A stretch of DNA of 64,000 nt, from positions 24,504,454 through 24,568,453 of the forward strand of contig NC_133619.1 of assembly GCF_048593235.1 (NCBI RefSeq). Direction: 5' to 3'. Of this stretch, positions 1 through 12,119 are shown piece by piece; the first letter of the stretch is position 1; every line of letters starts with the position of its first letter. The notes under the pieces are model-generated. The model was not told where the DNA came from. It saw nothing but the letters and a program-made list of their open reading frames with translations, and made no database searches. Position numbers and translations under genes: made by a program. Origin of the DNA: Sminthopsis crassicaudata. Its lineage: Eukaryota.

Positions 1-180
1 CTGTCTCTCTCATCTCTTTCTGCCTCACTTTCTCTTTCTCAATCTCTGTCTTTGTCTCTGTCTGCCTATCTGTCTCTGTATCTCTCTGTCTGCCTGTCTG
101 TCTCTGTCTCTCTATTTCTCTCTCCCTGTCTCTCCCGTTTTCTACTTCTTCTTTTTCCTCTCCTTCTCCTTTTCCCTCAT
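1..180. repeat. CT-rich low-complexity / (CTGT)(CT)n microsatellite-like tract
   Basis: Almost pure pyrimidine with tctg/tctc repeats; explains ORF 52..237. Confidence 0.9.
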
Positions 181-859
181 TCTCTCATTGACTTGTTCTT
201 CTCAGAACCTCTGTTTTATGGAGGAGATGCAGACTAGCTAGCTGTGACCTTTTGGGGAGAATCTCTTCTGATTCTCCAGGACCTATAACTATATTCTCAT
301 CCCCCAGGTGCCGATGTTCTTTAATCCACTGCCCTCCCAACTCTAAGCTATCTTTTGTGTTTTGTCTCATTACAAGGCAAACTTCTTGAGAGCACAGAGA
401 CTCTTTCTGCTTTACTTTCATTCCCACAGTGCTTAGAATGGGTTGTTCTTCAGTCAAGGCTACTCTTTGTGGCCTAGGTGGGGTTTCCTTGGCAAATATT
501 GGAGCGCTTTGCCTTCTCCAGCTGAAGTGCATCTCAATTTGACTTTTCTTTACTATTTTAACTGTGGAGATTCAGCAGTCAATCTGGCTTCTACCTCTGA
601 GATTATGCCCCTCATTTTTCATTTCCCTTGTGACAGAAAGATTTTGATTTTGGGATAGAAAGAGGAAAAGATTTTTGATCAAGAGACAAATCTCAATTTT
701 AGAATTTTGCATCCATCAGTATGTAAGACATATAACAAATGGCAAGATGAAGCATTTTGGAAAAAGCAAAGAAGGAAATCAGGAGAACCTCACAATTTGA
801 TTTTATATGCTTTCTACTATACTAAATTCAAATTGTCCATGGTCAAAGGTAAATTCATT

Positions 860-3070
860 TTTTCTCCCTCCAAGAGAAGCTCTCTTCCCCAACATCCCTC
901 TCCATTATGGATATCACCATTCTCCCAGTCTCCAAAAGTGTGACGCCATGTTCTTTGTTCCCCATATCAAATGAGTGGCCACACTTCACTTCAGTCACTG
1001 AAATGCCTCTGAAATCTCTCCTAGATTTCTATTTCCACGATTGTTACTTTCTGCCTTTCTGTAGGAAACCCTTACCTCTTTTCCAGCTTCACACCGTTCC
1101 CTGACATGCCAAGACACCTTCACTTTCAGGTTTAATCCCTTTGCACAATAAAGACCTCTAACCCTATTTTGTAATCTCTTAACTGATCTCCACCTCAGGA
1201 GTATTTTTTTTCCCCTCCAAATTACAAGACATTACAAGAATGATATGCCCTCAAGCACACCTCAGATATGTTCATTGACCAGTTGCCCCAAACCTATCCA
1301 CTCCTCATAGCCTAATGAACTTGGACTTCCTGAGTGCAAATGAGCTGAAGGTAGGGGAAGTTAGGATTTTGGTGCTGGTTGTTTTGGTTCTTATATTCCC
1401 GGCAAAAGCTTGGTTATGCAGGTTCTTCATAAATACTTGTCTGGGTTGTATTAGCTTGTTTTTCAAACTTTTTACAATCTGACCCCAATTTGCTAAGCCA
1501 GTCATGTCTGTAAATATTCTTTCTACTTCCTGTTCTATGGACAAGTTAAGCCAAGCTGTATTATTTTCTTTGCTGCTATTGATTAATCTGCTTGACTCCA
1601 CTCCCCCCAACCCTCATCTCTGTCCATCAAATTTATCAAATCTAAACAGTCCAAAATGGCTTCCTGGTCTCCCATTGCATCCATCCCATGGTTTTCTGTC
1701 AGTCTTTTCTGAGATTTCACTTCCATGGCAGTTACCTCTCCCTTTCTCGGGAAATACCCCTACCTCTTTTCCCGCTTCACACTGCTCCCTGACATGCCAA
1801 GACCTTCACTTTCAGGTTTAATCCCTTTACACAATGAAGACCTATGAGATATCAACTCTCAATGATGCAACTATTCCCACCATTTTGTTTCTTCCATACC
1901 ACAATGATTCTGTATCCCGACCTTTCATTGTTAAACCCCATTTCTGATCCCTTCATGGATTATTTCCATCATGAACCTAACACCACCATTATAAAACTCT
2001 AAACCTACCTATGTTGGCCATTGCATCCTTTGGATACAATAGCTTCTCCATAGATAACAAACTAGTCTTCATCAACCCTTTGCCTTTCTTGTTCCCTCCA
2101 TCCTCTTGCATTTGTTGACACCCTGGCTCCCACAAGATGAGGTAGCATCCCCAGCCTAGTACTGGTTACACTTTAAGTCATTCCCTCCTGATCATCGGTC
2201 AAGATTGGCCAACTGGATTATTCATTGCTCCACCTGCCACTTCAAGGCCCTTGCTCTCTATGACCACTACTTTCTTTGAAGGTTGTTCAATCTATATTTA
2301 TTACTACACTGATATTTGTTGTTGTTGAATAATCTGTGGAATATTTTCTTCAATGAGTTTGTTGCCTGACTCAGATGTTTTTCTCCTCTCCAACTTCTGT
2401 CTTAATACAAGTGGACTTTAATATAGATATTGACATTCCCTCAAATAGTCTCACACCTCAGATCCTTAATTTACTCCTTTCCCATGACCTATTCTTCCAT
2501 CTTATTACAAAATACAAAGAAAATTTCATGAACTTGATGTTGACGTCACCCACAAATTCACTTCCATGTCATGGATTCTGAAATTCCTTTATCTGACTAC
2601 TGTTTAATCCTTTTCCACTACTCCCTCTGCCTTTTCCCACCAAACCCTATTCTTCATCCTCACCATGATCTCCAATCCCTCCACACTTTAGTTATTTTCT
2701 AATTTACATCACTTCCACACTACCTATACTTTTCTCCCCTCTCTCTCTTTACTACATGGTGACCCAGATGAAGTCTGCATTCTCTTTTCTCAAGTTTCTT
2801 GTTCCCTTATCCTATCAAAGATCCTTTATTTCAATGTCTCAATCTTGATTTCCTCCCACCAAGCACTTTCTTCTTTCCTACCCATGTGCTGCTGAGCAAA
2901 GTATACATTTCATACTTTAGTGGTACATTTTCATGTTATACGTTTCATGTTCTCATTGGGTTCTTCATAGAATCCACACAATCATTTTGCCTTCCCCTAA
3001 CTGACTCATTCTCCCACTTTCACAGTGGTTTTTCCAAACCTGTCTCAAACTCATACTAGCTTTCCAAACT
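860..3070 (+). mobile_element. Cluster of decayed L2 LINE fragments
   Basis: Pyrimidine-rich strand with L2-like motifs: 'caccattctcccagtc' (~917), EN-like 'ccctggctcccacaagatgagg' (~2121) and RT-region-like sequence at 2380-3060. No intact ORF. Confidence 0.6.
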
Positions 3071-5277
3071 GGTGCAAGTTAATCTTTGTCTGCCTCAGTT
3101 TCCTCATTAATAAAAATGGAGGTAAAAATAGAACTTACCTCAGAGTATTAGTGTAAGAATCAAATGAAATCATGTAAGTAGTGTTTTTCAGACATTTAGG
3201 TGAAAGAAATTATTTTTCTCTCTTGTGTTAATAACTAATTATTAAATCAGAACCAGTATTTGTCTCCTTTTTTACCCCCTCATCCAGAAATCAACCAGTG
3301 TGAGAAATCTTTCTCTAAGACTTAACTCAATAAAGATATAATCAAAGATAGGAAAATAACTTTTATGTTCAGGTGAATATATGAATTAGTGCTCATTAAG
3401 TTTGCTCAGACAAGTCTGAGGAAACATATTTTTCCTTTTTCTGACAAGTGAAATGGAAATTGATAGGTCTCTTTAACCAAGATATTTGTATGTTTCTTGT
3501 CATGTATCCCAATATTCATCCTGTCATTCATTATTAACCAATCAGAGCTTTTCCAAGGAAAAGGGGTCTTTGCCATAAGGAGTCTGCTATTCAAGAGGGC
3601 CATTGACCTCTTTTATTAATAACATATTAGCCTTATTAATAAAATTATTAAATTATTAAATTACCCAGAAACTATTTTAAATATCACATAATATCATTCT
3701 GTTATTGACAGCAAGAACAGTTTTCCCTCTCTTCTCTCCATATTCCTTCCTATTATCTTAAAAGTCCCCTCATTTTCCACAACCAATAGTCAAATATGTA
3801 AGTTTGCTTGGTTCTCCTTCAATGGAATTTTATACTCTCTTAGCCTGTGTTCCTCAGGAACTCTTTGCAGGCTCAGTGTGATATGTATCTGTCTCTAGCA
3901 CATTCAGCCTGAGGGGGGAACTAACAAGTAAAACTTGCTATTTTTCTGGCTCAGTGAGGTAAGGAGTGCATGCTAGGATCTTTTCTCTTTCACTGATTTA
4001 GGATAATAGTAGCAGCCTAAGGATACACATAAGGGAAGAATGGCCAAAGACAACCTGGTTAATTGATGAAGGCCACAATGAAAGAATGATGAAAAGTAAG
4101 AAAGAGGGCGAAGTATAAATTTTCATAATAAGAATGTTTGAGATTTGATCCCCTCTCATGTGACAGATTTTCCCTCCCCTTTTGCAAGGAGTTATGCAAA
4201 GAATAGATATGGTACAGAGCTTGGAGAAGGATTGTTATATGTTACGTCTGGAAGCAAGACAAAGTGCTACTTCCTTTCTCCAGCAGAGAACAGGAACAAC
4301 TACCTATAGATTGAGGAAGCTTATAAGGGGAATTCAGTAATGGGAATCTTTATTTAGGGTTTTAAGTGAGTCTAGTGGCATACACAGATCTTTAGGACCT
4401 ATAGTTATTCAAGCAAGAATTGAAATTTGTCTTCTTGCTGGAAGAAGGGGTGCAATAAAGGATTCATTCAATGAATTTTGCATTCTGAAATAATTTGGAG
4501 TTTTTAATTAACACTGAAGATGTTTAATTTAATGATATTTGAACCTAATGGATATTTTATTTGAAATTTCAGTATGTTTTTCTCTTTCTCTCATATAATT
4601 ATAGGATCAAAGATTTAAGGTATAAGAGGCCATCAATTCAAATCTTCCTTCCATCCCCATTTTGAACAAAATAAAGACCAGGGTTTAAATGACATATACT
4701 AGGCCATACAGGGAGGAAGGGATGAAAGAAGGATTTGAAACCATGTCTTTTGATTCTAGTCAAAGTTCTTTCTATTCTTTCATATTGCCTATTCTAGTAA
4801 AGCTTTCTTCTGTAATATTGTAAATCTTATAAGTGTAAGAACATAGCCTCTGCATACTGACTGGGACCCTTCGCCCTGAGAGAGGAAGAAAAGAAGTTAT
4901 ACTGATGATACAAATACGTTGTCCCTGATTGCAGAGGATTTCTAAGAATATTTCTCATTCTCCATGATTGGAGTATTCAGAGGTTCCAGGGACTGACTCA
5001 CCCTAGATTTGTGCATTTTCCAAACCTCAACAGACCCTGCTTGTTCAGGCTAATTGAAATCAGTGGTTTTGTTTGTCAGTGTTTCTGTCTTTATTTTTAA
5101 CTCCAGTTCAACTTGGTGCCTGGAACATAGTACGTACTTAACAAATGCTTGTTTACTGATTGAATGAAAGAAGTTAGGAATTCAGTTCAGAAAAAAAAAA
5201 AAACAAAAAAAAAAACCACTACTATAGAGAAAAATCTCCAATTCCATTTGCCATTTTATAAGGAGAAAGAAAAGAAC

Positions 5278-5512
5278 CTAGCATTTATTAAGCACCTACT
5301 ATTGCCATCTATTACATGAAGCATTTTACAAATATTGTCTCATTTGATTCTTACAACCTTGGGTCATTATAACTATCCAAATTGTACAATTGAAGAAACT
5401 AAGGCTGAGAAAGATTTAAGTGACTTCCCCAGTAACATACAATTAGTAAGTGTCTAAAGCTGGATTTGAACTCAATCTTCATGACTTATGGCCCACCATT
5501 CTATTCACTGAG
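5278..5512 (-). mobile_element. CORE-SINE (MIR/Mar-type)
   Basis: 'gcatttattaagcacctac...gaagaaactaaggctgag...aagtgacttccccag...ggatttgaactc' is the reverse complement of the MIR/Mar core. Confidence 0.8.
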
Positions 5513-5689
5513 TTATCTGACTTACCTGTACAGTGGAGTAAACTAAGATTTAGAAAGGGGAAATTTCTAGTCTAAGGTGACAATGGGACTAGCACAGAGA
5601 CCTATGGTTTTACCCAACTCCTGTGTCCTTTCCATTGCCTCATGCTACAGATCAAGTATTTTCTGATTAAAATTTAGGCTCTTCATCCA

Positions 5690-5925
5690 ATCAGACTGGC
5701 CAAAAGCACTCTTGAAAAATCACCCAGCTTCAAGTCGGAGAACAAAAGTTCAAATCTAGTCTCAGACCTTCTTATTTGAGTGACCTTGGGAAGTCAATAA
5801 ACTCTGTTTGCCTCAGTTTCCTCACCTATAAAATGAACTAGAGAAGTAAATAGCAAACAACATTATCTTTGTGAAGAAAATGGCAAATTGGGTTACAAAG
5901 AGTCAGGCATGACTGAGCAATAATA
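5690..5925 (+). mobile_element. Mar1-type CORE-SINE
   Basis: CORE 'gtgaccttgggaagtca...gcctcagtttcctcacctataaaatg' followed by the RTE-like tail 'gggttacaaagagtcaggcatgactgagcaat'. Similar copies lie at ~22690-22880, 25195-25420, 42995-43215 and 44010-44230(-), with many MIR-like copies elsewhere. Confidence 0.8.
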
Positions 5926-6713
5926 ACATCCAATTATATCCATAATATCAATTTACAGCACCAGCAATGTTCAAACAGCAAATTCATGAACTTGCCTCAC
6001 TCACTCTACTTTTTGACATGTTCTATGTAAATCTCTCTGATCCTCTCTGAATCTCAAAGGCTAACTGACCCATTATCTGTACAAGAAATCCTCTATAACA
6101 AGCTAAATGGCCTTTTGCCTGGAGACATCCAATAAGGAGGAACTCTCACCTCCAAAGGAAGCTCATTTGACTTTTGATTAATCAGCCTTTGTGTTCAGTC
6201 TTGCTAAATGGTTAATCAAAGAAAAATACAGTTTACTTATAAATATTTTACCATTGCAATAATCAGTAAGAGCAGAGAAGCCAGGGTAGATATGCAGAAA
6301 AATTTGATTTTATAGATTTGGGATTAAACTCAGTCCCCTGTGTCTTTGACTTAAGCCACTTTCCTCAGACTAAAATGTTGAGACTTTTTTTTTAATATTG
6401 GAAACAAGACTGGACAAAGCAATGTGAAGGTGGAAAACTCAGTGAACATAGAGATTGATGCTAGGATCTTAAAGGCAGACTCACAATATCAGGCTCCAAA
6501 GAGGCACTCAGCACTCATGAGATAGGAGGCTAGGGAAACTTCTGGAATAATAAGCATCATTGGCATTTATTTAAAGTAGTAATGTTTGGAAAGCACTTAC
6601 ATATTTTTTCTCACTTGCATATTTGTCACCACAACTCTATGAATTTGCTTCTATCAATGTCAGCTTCTCTAGGTCACAAAATAATAGCATTAATGTGCTT
6701 AGCACAATATGTG

Positions 6714-6995
6714 ATACATAGAGGATGATTAATAAATGTTTGTTGCCTCCCCTTCTCTTTTGCCCTCATGCTACTATATAGAAGGTGATTAATAAATGTT
6801 TGCTGTCTCTCATCTTTTGCCTTCCTGCAGAAATCTAATATATGCACAATATCTAACATATAGAAGATGATTACTAAATGTTTGCTGTCTCTCATCTTTT
6901 GCCTTTTTGCAAAAATCTAATATATGCACACTAATACATAGAAGGTGATTAATATGTCCTTGTTGCTTCCCATTCTCTTTTGCCCTCATACTATA
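6714..6995. repeat. Four-unit degenerate tandem repeat (60-80 bp units) derived from an L2 3' end
   Basis: Each unit starts 'a(c/t)atagaag(g/a)tgatta(a)taaatgtttg'. Units 1 and 4 share 'ctcttttgccctcat'; units 2 and 3 share 'ctgtctctcatcttttgcct...aaatctaatatatgcaca'. Confidence 0.85.
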
Positions 6996-8469
6996 ACTGG
7001 AAAAGCACCAGGCTTTTCCATCAGCACAACAGCCAACTCTTCCATATGTATTGACTTTTCTAAAAAGAATATGAACTATTTGGAAGGAAGGACCAGTTTA
7101 ATTTACCATTAGTAATACTAACATTTAGCACAAACCAGAATGTGTGGTATACAGTAAGCACTAAATCACTGGTTTTTCTATTCATTTTTGCCAGTAAGAA
7201 AGCTGGGGGTCAGGGGAGGAAGATTTCCAATCCAAGCCTTCATAACTACAAATTTAGCACTCAAATAACTCACTCCTAACTTTCTCAATTCTATATTCTC
7301 TAGATGTGTCCACCCCCTGCACTCAGTCCTCCAGTCCTAGAGATGATTTTACCGTGAATTTCTGTGTACTTACTGAGTTCTTAGTCTAGACATTATTTCA
7401 TGAAGCTCCACAGTCATATTGTCTTCATCCACTGTGCTTTTTCACTTCCTTACTCATTCTCCCTTTTTTGTATTGTTTCTCTCTATTTGGATGGAAAGGG
7501 AAGCCTAGTGGTATAGTACATGGAGTGCCAAATCTAGAGTCCGAAAGAGTAAAGTTCAAATAAAACTTCATGAGGCTCTCTTGTATGAAATGAAGTAGGG
7601 CCTTTAAAGAAACTGTTTTTTAGACAAGACTCTTTTGCTAAGGGTGCCAATGGATGGATTTTGGGAGAAAAAAAGCTATGTTCCTCTTAGCTTGATATGC
7701 CTCATCCTGAGAATATCATTCCCTACTATTTAATATCTCTTGGGAATTCTCTCCAGATATTTTCAGGAAAATCAATGAAAAGTGATGTAAAGTCATCTAG
7801 TTCCCCAAGGACAGGGACTTCACCTGCAAGTGTCTCAGAGCAGGGCCTCTGATGGAATAGAAGCAGTGCTTATCTATGTTAATGGTATACTTGTTACAAA
7901 AAGCATTAAACAAAAATGACTGTAATAAAACTGCCACAAGGGAACTGGTGTGGGGGAGGACAGAAGTGGGATATAGCAAGGGGACAAGAGTGGCCAAATT
8001 AAGCATGCTCCAAGTTCATTAGATTCCTGAAAATTGAAAAGGCTGGTGCCTTTCCTAGTGACAAAAATACGTGCTCCCATTATCCCCAGCTTCTTTCAGT
8101 GGTTTCTAATAAGAACCTTGGAAGTCTGACAATCTCCTCATCTAGAACTGTGTTTGCTTTACATGTTTACAACATATTCCATCATACAAATACAAGTATA
8201 TGACAATAACATCACAACATTATCCTGTTTTGAGCACTGTACTTTCCTGGCCTTCAGAACAAAACCACAACCTAAGTATCATAAGTGTTATCATGTTAAG
8301 CAACTAAAGTGAACAGTGGATAGAGGAATGACTTAGCAGTAGGGAAAACCTAAGTTTAAATGCTACTTTATATACCCTGTTAGTATACTGTAGGAATACA
8401 AAGAAAAAATATTTATGCTAATTCCAAAGTCTATTCTCCAAGGAGAAGGACTTAAAGTTGCTACTAAGG

Positions 8470-8680
8470 ATTCTTAACCTGGAGGAGGTATATTATGTGA
8501 ATGTTTTATAGTATGGGGGATGTATGTAACTGAATGGGAGGGTAAACATCTTTAATTTCAGTTACTTCTAATTAAAAGTTAGCATTTCCTTCAATTATTT
8601 CAAACTATTATTTGGAGAAAACTTTCATGGGCTTTACCAGCCTGCACAGATGATCTAAAAAACAGAAAAGGATAAAATAA
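8470..8680 (-). mobile_element. Old hAT-Charlie-type MITE remnant
   Basis: 'ttcttaacctgg' end and internal 'catgggctttaccagcctgc' resemble the reverse of the MITE at 43550-43739. Confidence 0.55.
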
Positions 8681-8849
8681 ACAAACAAACAAAAAAAAAC
8701 TTATATATACAGAAAAATAAGTACAAAGTAAATTTTAAAAAGAGAGCATGCTATAAACCAAGCATATCAGGGAAGGATTTTTGGAGAATGTGACTTATGA
8801 TATAGGATTAGAAGTATTTTCAGTCAGAGGGAAGAAAGAACTATAATCC

Positions 8850-9200
8850 AGATGGGTATATGTGGTTCAACTTCTTACCTCTCTTGGCTATCCATCAGCT
8901 TGGCTTGGCTTGGCTACCCCAGGCTAGGGAGCCAGGTTAAAGAGCGCCAGGTTAAAGAGAGCAACTGCTGTCTGCAGTGGGCTTATAAAGGGCTTGTGAG
9001 GTCACACATACAGCCAACCAGTGAGAGAGCCGTCACTCATTACGAAGCTATCTCAATATGGCCAAGATCCCACCCACAAGGCAGTCCTATGTCCACAGAG
9101 ATTACTTCCTGGGGCACTCAATCTCCTGTTGCGCTGGGGCCGCCCATCTAAAGGACTCTTACAGGTATATATCTTGTACAATGGCACAGAGAAAAGGCCA
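8850..9200 (-). mobile_element. Probable ERV LTR fragment
   Basis: On the minus strand: CCAAT-like box, TATA (tttataag), repeated R-like 'ctctttaacctggc' twice, then GAG|GTAAGA. GC-richer than the flanks and retains CpGs. Confidence 0.45.
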
Positions 9201-10341
9201 TCTTCTGGGAGGGACCAGAGAGCATGAAAATAAAAATTATGTGAAATAATACTAGAAAGAGTGCCATATTATAGAGGGTTTAAAATACAAGAATGAAATT
9301 TTCAATATTTTTTTCTTTAAAGCAATAGGAAGTTATTGAAAATTTTATACCTTTTTAAAATAGATGATTAACATTCATAAAATAGTTATTGATTTGGCAG
9401 CTGGAAGGAGGATGTACCCATTTAGAGGCTCCTACAGTAATCTAGATGGGAGATGATGAGGTCCCAAACTAAGGTATGAAATAGTGAGTGTAAAAAAGGG
9501 AATGAATGTAAAAACAGACATATAAAGTCAGTACTTCGACTCTGCCTCTTTGACAATAGAATCAAATGTTATCACACAAAATAAGTTTTTGTCACAATGC
9601 AAAATGAAATGAAGGGGAAATCTCCCAATTTAACTATTAAACTTTTCAACCAAGCAGGTTCTTATGTGGATCACTGAAACCTGCCACAAAACTTCCAAGT
9701 TGAAGAAGTAAGTTTTGAAGTAGGAGTTGGCATCTTCTACTCTCACTCCCATTCTCCACCAGGTTCTCCATCATGGGTATATTTGGCACTGTATATTAAA
9801 TTGAGATGGTAACTGTGAGCTCCCCAGTGGGTCATGATTTCCATCTTCTCTGCCAGCTAGTAAAACCATCATCAATGTCACTTTTGATCACAGAGGACAC
9901 AGTAGCAAAATCCTGCTCACCTCAGCCTGGAAGAGGTCCATCAGAAGAATGAGGATGCTCTGCTTTTGTGGCACTTGTGATTAACTTTGATGCAATTTTA
10001 GCTATCCCATTAAGGATCCTTTACCTGAATAAATAGAAAGGAGTCAACAGTGAGGGGGAGTGGGAATAAATTTGAATCCATTATTGGAATATTTGCAAAA
10101 TGCAAACTTTGGGAACTTGCATTAACTCTTTAAATCCTCATTGTAATTGGGAAAGTGACCTCCTGTCAGAGTTGTAAACTAGAGAGGATATCTGGGGCTT
10201 TTACTCACATCACCAAAATTTACAGGACATTGACAAGATATAGGCTTCTTGAAGTGACCTTACTATCCAGTTAAAAACATATTTTAAAGTAAACCTATGA
10301 TTCTATTGATACAGGAATTATTTCTCAATGTATGTCACAGT

Positions 10342-10460
10342 ATGTGGGACAAGACCACTGGCTCAAACAAATCATATAAATTAAGGAGACTTCTCAAGGC
10401 AAAAGCAGAAAGGAATTTTATTATGATCTCACAAGAAAGGGCATCTCCCTCCCTTTCAGG
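10342..10460 (-). mobile_element. ERV LTR 3' (R-U5) remnant
   Basis: On the minus strand: 'ataataaaattcctttctgcttttgccttgagaagtctcc...gtcttgtcccaca', i.e. AATAAA followed by a terminal CA. Confidence 0.5.
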
Positions 10461-10469
10461 TAGAAGCTG

Positions 10470-11841
10470 CTAGGTTCTGGATAATGCTAATTGTGACTTC
10501 ATGACATTTATTTATTTGTTTATTTTCTTTCTGGCTGCTTGAAATATCTTTTCCTTGGTGAAACAGTTCTGAAATTTAGCCATCATATTCCTTGGGGATT
10601 TAATTTTGGGGTCTCTTTAAGGAGTGAATTATTTAGATGACTATTTTACCCTCTGATTCTAAAACATCAGGGCAGTGGTTTTTTATGATTTCCTGCAAGA
10701 TAATGTCCAGGGTTTTTTTGGTTTTGTTTTTGTTTTTTTTTTGTTTTGTTTTGTTTTGTTTTGTTTTCATCATGGCTTTCAGAAAGTCCAATAATCCTTA
10801 GATTATCTCTTAGATATATTTTGCAGATCAATTTTTCCCCCACAGGTGCAGATTTCTTCTATGTTTTTCATTTTTTTTTGTTTTTGTTTGAGTGATTCTT
10901 GAAATCTTATTGAATCATTCACTTCCATTTGTTCAATTCTAAATTTTACTGTATTATTTTTTTCAGTTACCTTTTTAAGCTACTTTTGTAATTGGCCAAT
11001 TGATTTGTTTTGTTCATTGCATTCTTTTTCCATTTCACAAATTTTGCTTTTCAGTGAATTGGTGTCATTTTCATATCTTTTTTGTAAAACATTATATGCT
11101 TTTCCTATTCCTTCTTGAAATGATTTCATTTCATTTCCCCATTTTTCTTCTAACTCTCTTTGAAGATCCTTTATGGTATCATCCAAAAAAGCCTTGTGAA
11201 ATGGAGATCACCTCAAGTCTCCCTTTTGGGGATTCATCTGAGGTCGCTTTACCTTTAGGAGCCTCAGGACTGTAGTTCTATTCTGTCTCTCCATAAAAGC
11301 TGTCTATGGTGAAAGCTCTTTTTGGTCTCTCATTCATTTTTTTAAGGCTTGAGGTCTGTTTAATGGAAAAAAAAAGTTGCTTTAATTTGCCCTGGGGTAG
11401 TTCTGCTGATTAATTTCTAGCACTGAGTAATGGTGACTAGGCTTGGTGTTTTTCCAGAGCTCAGTAGTTTACAATTTGCTTTCTGTAGCAAATACGCCAA
11501 ATCACCTACTTTGCAACCAGGACAGAGTAGCCTAAGAGGCTTACAGAAGATTCCTATGTGTGTGGAAGCTACAACTCTCTGACTTCCCACCCCATTTCCT
11601 TGCCTCAGTCTCCCTGTGCTGCAGTCTGAGCTCCGCAGACTGTTCCCCTGACCATTTGAAACTGATCTGTTATGAAGTTCTTCCAAAGCATCTTCTTCAA
11701 GGAATGTGTTATACTCCATATATTTGTGGATTCTTTGACTGTAAAACCAGTTTAGTGGCTTAATCTGCTATTGGTTTGAGAGAAAGTCAGAGGAAGTCAC
11801 AGAAAGTCATGTCTGCTCTCCACCATTTTGGCTGTGCCCCC
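10470..11841 (-). mobile_element. L1 5' fragment (5'UTR + disabled ORF1)
   Basis: Minus-strand 5' end 'gggggcacagccaaaatggtggagagcagac' is homologous to 48627+. ORF 10980..11186 encodes L1 ORF1p coiled-coil-like peptide (DLQRELEEKWGNEMKSFQEGIGKAY...). Confidence 0.9.
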
Positions 11842-12119
11842 AAAGTTATACACGGAATGAGTATGGAATGGGGCATGCTTTGAATCTAGCTTCTTTAAAT
11901 CTCAAACCCAGCTTTCTGGTGACAATTAAATGGAGGGCCATTAAATATGGAGTTAAAAGCAAAAAAACTACAAGATTTCCCCAATTCATAAAATTTCATA
12001 CCTCAGTTTTTCCTCCCCCAAGTTAGTCTAATATTTTCCCTCCTCCAAGATACTACTATAGAACCCAAAACTGGGCTTAGGCAGTACCCTTAGAGATTAT
12101 TTAGATTGCCCTCTATTAG

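Noticed and set aside
1305-1610. 101-aa minus-strand ORF that looks protein-like
   Set aside because: The underlying DNA contains L2 3'-region motifs; no protein homology recognised.
9770-9850. GNHD...QLP...W..W as a metallophosphoesterase (SMPDL3/ACP5-like) pseudogene
   Set aside because: The similarity is limited to a few residues and the other metallophosphoesterase motifs are absent.
10980-11719. ORFs 10980..11186 and 11417..11719 (and 48710-49509, 51737, 62276) as genes
   Set aside because: Fragments of decayed L1 5'UTR, ORF1 or ORF2.
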